Positions 9,951 to 19,800 of a DNA stretch of 41,633 nt are shown here, piece by piece (the stretch's first letter is position 1; each line of letters opens with the position of its first letter). The notes under the pieces were generated by a model. It was not told the origin of the DNA. It ran no database searches and was given only the letters and a program-made list of their open reading frames with translations. This stretch comes from Promethearchaeota archaeon (GTDB lineage Archaea > Asgardarchaeota > Lokiarchaeia > Sigyniarchaeales > SOKP01), in assembly GCA_048940925.1 (NCBI GenBank), contig JBHLOC010000038.1, positions 4,602 to 46,234 on the forward strand, given 5' to 3'. Position numbers and translations under genes: made by a program.

Positions 9951-10418
9951 TTAACCCAAAAAGAAGTAAATCAAACATCCAATCAATATACCAAATGTTA
10001 CCAGCAGTACAAATCCCATTTTTCTGTTTTTTTCGAAGGTAACGCCTAACATGCTAAAGGTAGCAGCGTAAAATACTATAATATAGGGGATATGAAGTAC
10101 CAGTATATCTCTGAATGGAATTATGAGGATAAAGTCTAATAATAATTCTAAAAAGAGATAGAATAGGATAATAACACAAGATATTATAATCTTTTTTTGC
10201 TCCTTTACCATAATATATCCTATTAAGGTGATGGCGAAGGGAATTATCAGGAGAATGACCACAAATCCAAAAGCTCGTAAGAGTTCCATATTTTCCAGTT
10301 TCGTCGAAATGTACACAAAACTTACTGAAATGTTGAATATAATAGAGGATATAATGAAAATAATATCTATTGCTTTACCTAAATTTGATGAATTTGATTT
10401 GCTCATAAATACATTCAA
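9951..10418 (-). CDS. Hypothetical integral membrane protein (about 5 TM)
   Basis: Repeated hydrophobic segments. Start could be the second Met (MSKSN, 10406). Confidence 0.7.
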   Translation of the reverse strand: MNVFMSKSNSSNLGKAIDIIFIISSIIFNISVSFVYISTKLENMELLRAFGFVVILLIIPFAITLIGYIMVKEQKKIIISCVIILFYLFLELLLDFILIIPFRDILVLHIPYIIVFYAATFSMLGVTFEKNRKMGFVLLVTFGILIGCLIYFFLG

Positions 10419-10590
10419 TAAATTCTAACTTATAATAATAAAAAGATTATCACCGAGAATTAATAAATCGAATGGATTTTAATATTAATCATGAATTTTA
10501 GTAATTATCAACTTGTAAAGGAAAAATTCAATATCCAATTAAAAAGAAAACTTAAAGACTATAATAATTTGAAATTCTTGTGTTAAAAAT

Positions 10591-12462
10591 ATGCGCTGGA
10601 GCTACGTTTTAATTGGCATAGGGGTCGGTATTATCTTAACTTCACTATTTATTTTGGAATTTATTATTTTTAATTCGATCTTTTGGAGTTTCTTAATTAC
10701 AATTGCGGTGATATTGAATTCTGCTCATATTCTTACGCATAAATTTAATTGGGAATTAGATGCTAAAAAAGTGCTTTCTATATATTTCACTCTCACCACA
10801 ACCTCGATGATTATAGAATTTGTATTGACAGGAAGTTTTCTTTGGAGCTTTTCTTTAACAGTTATTTCGCTTTTTTTTGTAGGACATTATTTAACGAAAG
10901 GATTTAATATTCTTTTCAGACAGTTTCATATAAAAGAAATATATCGGGGTTTAATCAGCTTTTATTTAACGTTTGTATACTTTTTCATACTATTTTACAT
11001 ACTTTTTCAAAGTGTTAATCAATCCTTTCTTTTAATCGAATTTACTTTTATATTTTATATATCCTTAATTTGTATGATTTTACTAACAATAAATTCTTTA
11101 ATTAGAATAGTAGCAGTTGGTTTTCATAGAAGGAAATATGAAATTTTTCCTATTAACATGATAGAATATGCTGCTTTATACTACTTAAGAAAGACAGATG
11201 ATAATCGTTTAGACTTTTTGGAATTAAAAAAGCAGATTATTGGAATTTTAAATGTTTTTACAGAAAATGTTTATTTTGACGATAAAACAGCAAAGTCCAG
11301 CATCTATTTTCTTTGCGCTCGTGGACTTGCAGATATCAAAAACAATGATGTTTATCTAAACGATCTGGGTAAACAAAAGGGAAATCTATGGGAGGAGACA
11401 TTACATAACCAAATGGGTAACTTTAATAAAATTTTAAATAGGAATAGTGTATTAATAAGATCTTTTTTAGGATTATTTATTCTAAGTCTTCTTAAAATTT
11501 TTATAGGATTTTTCAATTCAGAATCATTATTTGCAGAAGGATTCGAAAATCTACTGGATTGTATTGCAGTAATTTTAATTGTAATAGGCATCAAAATTAA
11601 AAAAGAAAAATTAGTAAACATAATCATTATCAGCTTAATGGCATTTACAGGGGGTTCAATTTTACTAAATTCAATTCAATCTTTAATTTATGGCCCTAAA
11701 CCCATTTCTAATGTAATATATATTGTGATAATTGCGCTAGTATCAATAATTTTAAATAACTACTTACGAATATTGAAAAATTTTGTAGGGAAAAAAAATA
11801 GGAACTCTTCACTAATCGCAAGTGCAATAGATTCGAAAGTTAATATTATAATATCAATCAGCATTATTGCAGGCGCCCTTTTATCAAATCTTGGAACCTC
11901 TTTAGGGATTCCTGTATTTCATTACGGGGATCCAATTATCGCAATTTTTGTATGTGTTCTCATTTTTAAAGAAGTTTTTGAAATATTTCGCGATTTAATC
12001 ACCTCAAAAGAAGAAGAAATTGAATTTGAAAAATTCCAGATGAAATATGAGAAAAATTTTGAAGAATACATAACCAAGTGGATACTCACGGTCTATTATG
12101 ATGATTTAAATCTAGAATTCACACCTGAACAATTATCAGAGTATTTTCAAAAATCTTTGAAGCAAGGTGAAGAGGTTTACACTGAGTTTGCTTACTTTGG
12201 TTTATATATTTTTAAAGAAAAAGGTATAATCCCAGTAATAAATGACTTACTTAATGAGAAACTCTTATCCTTATCAGAAAACGGATTTCTCAACTTAACC
12301 AAAAGAGGTGGATATTTTTTTGAACATCTCTATTCCAAAGAATTACTGACCGATCTCAAAGATCCTTTTGATTTCTTTTTTGAACAACAAATTAGTTTTG
12401 ATAGTATTCAATCCAGAAAGCTTGAAATAATCGAAAATTTCCAACTAATTGAAAATAAATGA
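10591..12462 (+). CDS. Cation diffusion facilitator (CDF)-like transporter with extra N-terminal TM bundle and two winged-helix-like domains
   Basis: CDF signatures NSESLFAEGFENLLD (TM2), NSSLIASAIDSKVN (TM5), YGDPIIAI (TM6). wHTH-like segments end in YFLCARGLADIKNNDVYLNDLG and DLLNEKLLSLSENGFLNLTKRG. Confidence 0.72.
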   Translation: MRWSYVLIGIGVGIILTSLFILEFIIFNSIFWSFLITIAVILNSAHILTHKFNWELDAKKVLSIYFTLTTTSMIIEFVLTGSFLWSFSLTVISLFFVGHYLTKGFNILFRQFHIKEIYRGLISFYLTFVYFFILFYILFQSVNQSFLLIEFTFIFYISLICMILLTINSLIRIVAVGFHRRKYEIFPINMIEYAALYYLRKTDDNRLDFLELKKQIIGILNVFTENVYFDDKTAKSSIYFLCARGLADIKNNDVYLNDLGKQKGNLWEETLHNQMGNFNKILNRNSVLIRSFLGLFILSLLKIFIGFFNSESLFAEGFENLLDCIAVILIVIGIKIKKEKLVNIIIISLMAFTGGSILLNSIQSLIYGPKPISNVIYIVIIALVSIILNNYLRILKNFVGKKNRNSSLIASAIDSKVNIIISISIIAGALLSNLGTSLGIPVFHYGDPIIAIFVCVLIFKEVFEIFRDLITSKEEEIEFEKFQMKYEKNFEEYITKWILTVYYDDLNLEFTPEQLSEYFQKSLKQGEEVYTEFAYFGLYIFKEKGIIPVINDLLNEKLLSLSENGFLNLTKRGGYFFEHLYSKELLTDLKDPFDFFFEQQISFDSIQSRKLEIIENFQLIENK

Positions 12463-12523
12463 AGAAGAACATACTCAGTTTTGTGGAAAAAAAATAAAAA
12501 AGTAATATTTTCTTTCGTCTATT

Positions 12524-12790
12524 TTACTTTAAATCAAAATAATCATTTACAAGGGTATAAAATTTTTTCAATACTTCTTCACCTCGGTTTGTAGTCTGAT
12601 ATTTTATACCTTTTTCATTGTTTAATTTTTCAATTAAATTTCGAGAAAGGAGAAACTGAAGTGTTTCTTTTATCGCACTCGTTTTTAGACGTGTTTTTCG
12701 TAATAGCCATGTTTGAGTTCTTCTTGCCCTTAAACAATATTCTAATACTTCAGCCCAAATTTCGAATTTGCTACGTCTTGAAGAGCTCAT
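12524..12790 (-). CDS. Archaeal winged helix-turn-helix regulator (HTH_45-like)
   Basis: MSSSRRSKFEIWAEVL...TQTWLLRKTRL...LQFLLSRNLI...YQTTNRG. ATG 12790 has GGTGAGA upstream and avoids overlap with the upstream gene. Confidence 0.85.
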   Translation of the reverse strand: MSSSRRSKFEIWAEVLEYCLRARRTQTWLLRKTRLKTSAIKETLQFLLSRNLIEKLNNEKGIKYQTTNRGEEVLKKFYTLVNDYFDLK

Positions 12791-12812
12791 TAATATCTCA
12801 CCAAAATTACAA

Positions 12813-13544
12813 TTATGGGGGCTTCTCCTCATCAAAAGAGATTGAATTATTTAAAGGGAATTGATCTAAATCTTGAGCCCATTCTTCTAACTTAGGGAAA
12901 AGATTCTCCCATTTAACGATTTCATTTCTAATTTTAATTGATGTTATCAGATTCATTAACCAAAAGAATAGAATTGATAGAAACATTATTACATTACTGA
13001 TATTTATTAAAATACTTACATTTCCAGGATCTAAAAGACGTGTAAATAATAAAACAACAAAGAAACCAGAAAAGAAATTAAGGAATAAGAAAGTACTCAC
13101 TAATTTAACTAACGTTGTTTTTTCTTTTGAATAGCGATTGAAAAACGCATAAAAATTAGCAATATAAGGGACAATTCCGTCGTAGAGCTTAGATTGTGAT
13201 TTTTTATCACTTTTAACTTGTTTAAGAGATTGATTTCCTCTGATTATGAATAAGCTGTAAAAGATTATCTGAAATCCTATTTGAAAAATTAGTAAGTAAA
13301 GCACTGTAATTATAATTATAGTCACTATGGTTCCAAATAAGCCATATCTTTCAGATATATCAGTTGTAGTTTGTCCTGTAATGAATAAATATGTCCATAG
13401 AATAATAAATCCTATTGAAAATAGAAATAACAGGATTAGCGATGAGAAGTGAATTTTAAATAGCTGATTTATTCTTTTAAATTTTGTATATAATGATTTT
13501 TGGCTTTGAATTAATCCATTTTTTTCATTTTTGATTTTTTCCAC
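12813..13544 (-). CDS. Hypothetical 4-TM membrane protein, probably co-transcribed with the wHTH regulator
   Basis: Two pairs of TM helices. GTG start with AAGGTGAG RBS; 22 nt to the downstream ATG. Confidence 0.75.
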   Translation of the reverse strand: MEKIKNEKNGLIQSQKSLYTKFKRINQLFKIHFSSLILLFLFSIGFIILWTYLFITGQTTTDISERYGLFGTIVTIIIITVLYLLIFQIGFQIIFYSLFIIRGNQSLKQVKSDKKSQSKLYDGIVPYIANFYAFFNRYSKEKTTLVKLVSTFLFLNFFSGFFVVLLFTRLLDPGNVSILINISNVIMFLSILFFWLMNLITSIKIRNEIVKWENLFPKLEEWAQDLDQFPLNNSISFDEEKPP

Positions 13545-13837
13545 AATCTCACCTTAAAAGATATTATGATATACAAGGGAGCAATAATATTTAAGTATGT
13601 AAGGGCAAATTGTAGCTAGGGACCGATAGTCCTCATTTTTATAATTTTTTAGATGATAAATATAAGAAAAAATTGATATTTTTCATGTTTTTAGAAAAAG
13701 TCCTTATAGTAGAAAATAAAATAGACTGTATAATTCTTAATTGCCTATAGAGGGAATTTAAAAATCAAAATAATATTTATTTAAAAGTTCATAGATTAAA
13801 TGTGTATCTACATTCAAAATACCCTTGAAAAAAAATA

Positions 13838-13904
13838 TTATAGATTTGTGAAAGGAGTAATACATAAACAGATTAATCTAATCCTTTCCTTTCACATTCT
13901 ATAA
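13838..13904 (-). terminator. Long imperfect inverted repeat followed by a T-tract on the minus strand
   Basis: TTATAGATTTGTGAAAGGA (13838-13856) pairs with TCCTTTCACATTCTATAA (13887-13904). On the minus strand it lies about 50 nt past the 13958 stop and is followed by TATTTTTTTT. Confidence 0.5.
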
Positions 13905-13957
13905 GTTTTATTAGAAATAACATTAATACCTATGGTTATTTAAATAACTTTTCTGAT

Positions 13958-15055
13958 TTATGGTGGAACAGTTCTTACACTATCTTCGGCATGTATTGTG
14001 TTTCCATCCCAAAAATTAGCAATGAGGAAGCCCATTGTATCTCCTTTTATGAATCCTGCTTCCTGAGTCCTGAAATGAAATATTATATCAATATCTCCGT
14101 CATTGTCTACATCTTCATAAGCCCAATGTACTGGCGATGCTTCAGTCCCAGAAGGTCCAAAAGTTACTGTCTCAGGATTTACCCATTCAGGATCGAAATA
14201 GTTTTCGTTAAGGATAGCTACTGGTATAATTCCCTTACCCCTAGGATTAATTGAATTGGGGTAACTGCCTGGCTTGATATCAATTGGAACATCAAATATT
14301 AATACATATGCAAGATCATCATCTGTTAGACCTCCATCATCCCAGACCCATAAACTTATAAGACTTGCATAAGGGTCATCCCAAGAATAAGATATATATG
14401 GAGTTGAACCTTCTAATGAGAATTCTACGTTCCATGGTGGTTCTGTACCAAGAAAGTACCAAGCATACCAAACTATAGTACCATCTGGATCATATGAGCC
14501 TGATCCATCAAATACTACAGTGTTACCTTCAAAGGCTATATAGAAGCCAAATGGATAAGGTTCTCCTGTCGCTGGATCTATAAGAGTAAATGGTCCATTA
14601 GACTCAGCAATGGGAAAGTAATTATAAGAGAGATCATAATACCATCCTGATGGACCAACACCACTAATAGTGTTTTTGAATTCAATAGTGTGATCCCCTT
14701 GGCTAAGATCAATTGTAAGATATTCCCATTCATGAGTGCCATCTGGGCCACCGCGAGAATCTACAGTACCAATATAATTCCCATCAACGCTTACTTCAAC
14801 CACATCATCACGGATACAACAATCACGTAAGCCAATAGTTAAACGTTCTGGATAGGCTGCAAAATGAGACACATATTTGTATGCGGGTAAATCTGCTCCA
14901 AAATTGAAATAAACAGAATTTTCAATCGGATTTTCCAATATATCATCTTCTGATTCTTGTTCTTCAGCTCTAACTATATTTTGCGTGAAACATATCATCA
15001 ATGTAAGTAGCAATGCAGTAAATAGAAAAATATTTCTTTTTTTTATAATTATCAC
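13958..15055 (-). CDS. Secreted PKD-domain protein with C-terminal DIKPGS-type domain
   Basis: Signal peptide (KKRN + hydrophobic + VRA); PKD motif VFDGSGSYDPDGTIVWYAW...VWDDGG; C-terminal IDIKPGSYPNSINP...IPVAIL...EDVDNDGDID. Confidence 0.8.
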   Translation of the reverse strand: MIIIKKRNIFLFTALLLTLMICFTQNIVRAEEQESEDDILENPIENSVYFNFGADLPAYKYVSHFAAYPERLTIGLRDCCIRDDVVEVSVDGNYIGTVDSRGGPDGTHEWEYLTIDLSQGDHTIEFKNTISGVGPSGWYYDLSYNYFPIAESNGPFTLIDPATGEPYPFGFYIAFEGNTVVFDGSGSYDPDGTIVWYAWYFLGTEPPWNVEFSLEGSTPYISYSWDDPYASLISLWVWDDGGLTDDDLAYVLIFDVPIDIKPGSYPNSINPRGKGIIPVAILNENYFDPEWVNPETVTFGPSGTEASPVHWAYEDVDNDGDIDIIFHFRTQEAGFIKGDTMGFLIANFWDGNTIHAEDSVRTVPP

Positions 15056-15459
15056 ATCCTTTTATTACATATTATTAACTTTTTTTGAGATTTCGTATCA
15101 TGTAATTTTTAACTATAGAGTCAAATAATTACCAATCCATTTAATGTCAAAATGTTATTTAAGTTTTTCTTAATCATTATTAGATATAGAATATTTTGGG
15201 TAAAATTTGTATGAAATCAAAGGCTGGGTCACTTTTGATAATTATAGCAATCCTTTTCACTTTATTCTCAATAATTAACCCTTTTATTACCTTTATTATG
15301 GATAATAAAAAAAAAGTTTACACTTAGTATTAGATTAACTTTAGATAAAGATTCTTTAAAAGTCTCAGCTGTATTGTGAAAAATTAGTAGAAATATCGAA
15401 ATTGATAGAAGTATATCTTTTGCTCCAAATACTTTTTTATGAATTTATAGAAATTATTT

Positions 15460-16698
15460 TTACATGCGGTAGGCATGAAATAGACTTGGAATTAACCGCA
15501 AACTATTTGAAATTCCCATATGCTTTATAAGTTTCCCTTTATGGGACATCATCACCTTCCAAATTTGTTTTCTAGATTGACTTCTTGAAAACATCGCAAT
15601 CATAGCTTGCATCATCTCAGGATCTTCTTGGGCAATTGAATATGCAGCATCAATGATTTTTTCTAATAATCTACTATGATACAATAGAGTATGGATTTTA
15701 TAAGAATATCTCAACTCATCTTCAAAAAGTTGTTTTAGGAGAAGATTATGATACTGCGCAAGACTTGTTTCACTAAAATCTGCCTCTTCATAAGCTTCAC
15801 AAAAGATTTCTGCTGCTAATTTTCCAGATAACCGTGCTTGGTAGATTCCTTCATATAAAATAGGATCTGCGGTCCCACAAGCATCTCCAATAACCATAAC
15901 ACGGTCACGATAGGGTTTAGCAATTATTTTATCGGGGATAGGCGCTGCCCAAATCTTACGCCCTTCAAATACTCTCATATTCCTTCCGGACAGTTTCTCC
16001 TTTATAAGGGGATATTGAAGGAAGGATTCAAAATGTTGTATCTTAATACCTGGTCCTAAAATACCAACACTTATTGTATCTCGCTTAGGAAATGCCCACG
16101 CGACACCATGTCTACTTAGCCTACAATCGAAGAATTCCCAGATTCGATTTCCGAAGTGTGCTGTAATTTCAGATTCAGGCATCGCAAATTCGGCTTGTAT
16201 TCCATTGATCATTGGAGGAACATCAATCCCTAGATGTCTCTGGAGATGGGCACCCCCAAGACCAGTTGCTAGAATTACGCACCTACCTCTGAGTTCTTGA
16301 GGTCCTATTATGACCACTTCTCCGCTTTTGATCTCAACATTTTTAACTCGAAAACTATAAGTAACCTCAGCACCTGCATTATGAGCTATATCAACAAGAT
16401 ATTTATCGAAATCCGTACGAAACATGCAGTAACCCTTATCTTTTTCTCCTGTTGCATCGAAGTCTTTAAGTCCACCCTTAGGAGTAACTAAAACTCCTCC
16501 AGTAATTTCTCGTTCGTCAACGCCGGTTGGAATTGGAGTGAACTCCTCATTACTTACTGGAATACCACCAGCACAGCACTTATATCGCCCTTCTTTCCCA
16601 GCTTCAAGTAATAAAACTTTTATCCCTTTTTCTGCTGCTATTTTTGCAGCAGTAGCCCCTCCGGGTCCTCCCCCTACAATTATCAACTCATAAATCAT
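15460..16698 (-). CDS. Geranylgeranyl reductase family FAD-dependent reductase (DGGGPL reductase-like)
   Basis: IIVGGGPGGATAA, KCCAGG, RTDFDKYL, AWAFPK, IGDACGTADPILYEGI. Start MIYELII at 16698 preferred to 16734. Confidence 0.88.
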   Translation of the reverse strand: MIYELIIVGGGPGGATAAKIAAEKGIKVLLLEAGKEGRYKCCAGGIPVSNEEFTPIPTGVDEREITGGVLVTPKGGLKDFDATGEKDKGYCMFRTDFDKYLVDIAHNAGAEVTYSFRVKNVEIKSGEVVIIGPQELRGRCVILATGLGGAHLQRHLGIDVPPMINGIQAEFAMPESEITAHFGNRIWEFFDCRLSRHGVAWAFPKRDTISVGILGPGIKIQHFESFLQYPLIKEKLSGRNMRVFEGRKIWAAPIPDKIIAKPYRDRVMVIGDACGTADPILYEGIYQARLSGKLAAEIFCEAYEEADFSETSLAQYHNLLLKQLFEDELRYSYKIHTLLYHSRLLEKIIDAAYSIAQEDPEMMQAMIAMFSRSQSRKQIWKVMMSHKGKLIKHMGISNSLRLIPSLFHAYRM

Positions 16699-16813
16699 GA
16701 ATAGTCTATAGGAAAAATATTTTTTTATGTTCAAAAATCACTTAAATTTTAATAAAACTATTTAGTTCTTTAGTAATAGAGCATATTTTTATAAAAATTT
16801 TTAGAGGTAAATA

Positions 16814-19800
16814 TTGTTGAGATTTTTAGTTTTAAGTCATCGTAACCCCATTATTCCTCCATATATCTATTTAAAGATGCCAGAAATGATTCAAAGAGAT
16901 GATATTGAACAAATCCCTTTATTGATCGATCTCTATGAAGACGGTTTTTTTAAACATACGTTTGGAAATTTTAAAACAGCCAATTTAATCTTTGAGATTC
17001 CCAGTGAATATTCAAAAACAAAAATTGAGCGTCTTTTAATTTCATTAGTTATTGACAGTAAATCTGAAATAAACACTGCTTTAGCTCAGGAATTTTTAGA
17101 GAGGTTGGTTGAAGATTTCAAAAAAATCGAAGATGTGTTCAAGGCTTTTTATATAAGCTCTGAAATTTATAAAGGAGATCCTTCAAAACTAGAGGAAATT
17201 AGAGTACTTCTAAATACTTATAACATTTCTTTTCCAGAAGAGGAAGTCATCTTTGAACAAAAAGAAGCAAAAATCTTAATTTTTGGGCTTTCAATGGCGG
17301 GGAAAACAACTATAATTCGAACGAGAAGAAAATCAGTTTCAAAAGCAATATTTCCAACTATAAATGTAGATGTTTCTAGAATTTTAGTTAATAATGTATC
17401 TTTATTGACTTATGATATCCCGGGAAAATATAATGTTAAGGAACTATGGAAACCATATCTAAAAAACCAAGATGGATTGATATTCGTGTTAGATGTTACG
17501 GATAAAATAAAATTCCCATATGCTCGTGAGTTACTTCATGAAATTGCGGGAAAACCAGAGTTAAGTGAATTACCACTTCTTATCCTTTTTAATAAGATTG
17601 ATTTAAAACAACCAGATATAAAAGATCTAGAAGATTCTATGGAACTGAAGAAATTTGAAAAGAGACCAGTAAAATCATTTTTAACAAGTGGAATTAAAAA
17701 TATAAATATTGATGAGGCATTTAACTGGCTTTCCATTAAAATTGCAGAGAGAGTAGATCAATTTACTCCAAGAAGCGAAGTTGGGATAATTCTATGTCGA
17801 TGGGATGAAAACCTTGGTGTTAAAGTCGAAGCAGTATATCCTAATGAAGCTTTTGAAAATCCAGAATTAATATCTATTAAGAGTTTTTCAATATCGCAAT
17901 TTGTTTTGAAAGGTGATGAATTTAAACCAACGTCAGTAATCCTTCCATTTCCTCACCTAAATTCAAATGCTGCAATCTATTTTGACTTTATTGAAAATGA
18001 GAGTATTAGAGGTGGTTTATTACCCTTATCATTAATTATTTATTACAGTGAAAAAATTCCAAAAAATATCATTAACCAATTTAGTTCATTCATTATTAAG
18101 CAATTTAATGATATAAAAAAGAATTATCTCGACAAAAATCTAGTAGAAGATATTCTTCACTCTATTCATAGTACAATAATTAATCAGATAACTTTATTTC
18201 AGCCTTCAATTGAAGCACTAAAATTAGCTGAATTACGGTATGAGGCTTTATTTAAAGCTGCTCGTGATGCTATTCTAATTATTGATAAAACATCAGGAAT
18301 AATAATAGATGTGAATAAAAAAGCGGAGGAGTTATTTCAACGACCATTTGAGGATTTTATTGGTTTACATTCAAGTCAGGTATTAAGTGGTATTATTGAT
18401 ATAGATTTTAATGAAGCTATATTTGATCCCCTTGATTATCCCTTTCCTTTAAGATTAGAGGTTATTGATAATTCTGGTAATCTTATTCCGGTTGAAATTA
18501 GTGTAAGCGAAATTCAGATGGGGGGGCAAATCTTTGCCCAATATATTATTCGAGATATTACTATGAGAATAGAAGCAGAAATTAAATTAAAACATTCTGA
18601 AATAAAATATCGTCACCTCTTCCAAGATTCACCTTTTTCCATTCTTTTAATTAATCCTAAAGGTTTTTTAGTCGATATTAATCCCGCTTTAGAAAAAACT
18701 TTAGGATATAAAAGAGAGGAATTAATAGGAAAAAGATTTGTAGATCTTTCGCTAATCCATCAAGATTATATAGTGGAAGTTCTAAAAAGATTTAAAAAAG
18801 AAGAAAGAGGTAAAATTTTTCCTTCAATAGAAATTCAACTTTATCAGAAAAATGGTAACCTCATTTGGGTAAATATGCAATCATCTTTAGTTGATATTGG
18901 TGAAGATACATTTTACCAAATAATTTGTCAGAATATAACAGACCAGAAAAAAATAGAACAGGAATTAAAGAAAATATCAAGATTAAAAGCTATTATTACC
19001 GAAATAGTATCAAGATTTGTTGGAGTAAAAGATTTTACTGACGCAATCATTCTTTCACTTCGAGATATTGGTGAATTTGTTCATGCGACAGGAGCTTATC
19101 TTTACATTTTTAATAATATTTACGATTTCACAAAAAGAAATTATGTATGGTATAGTAAGTTGATGTATCCCAAAATTGGTTTGCCTAAAAACATAGTAAT
19201 TAATGATTTTCCATGGGTAATTGAGAAATTAAAACATTCTGATTATTTTTACATTAAAAATGTAAATAATCTTCCTGAACACGCAGTAAAATTGAAAAAT
19301 TTTCTTAAAATTCATACAGTTAAAAATCTTTTAACATTTTCAGTAAAAATTGATGGAAACTTAGAAGGATTAGTTTGTTTTGATAATATTACAGAGGAGG
19401 ATTATTGGATCGAAGAAAATCTAGAATTATTAAGCATTATTTCAGACATCCTTAATAACGTGATACTCCGTAAAATAGCTGAAGAGAATTTACGTCTAAG
19501 TAAAGAAACTATTCATCAAGAATTTGATAGAGAGTATTTTTATAAGGAGTTATTTGTAAATGATATAAATACTATAATAAAGAACATTCAATCCCTATTA
19601 GACGAATGTATTGAAGAAGATAATCAACTTATATTAGAATCTAGAAGTGAACTATTAGACTCTATTAAAGATCAATGTATAAACGGTAAACTTTTAATAC
19701 ACATAATAAGAAGGTTGACCCTGCTTAATGAAGCAAAAATAATTATTGAACCAGTAAATTTAATTAATGTAATGCAGAATGTTATAGAATTTGTTACAAA

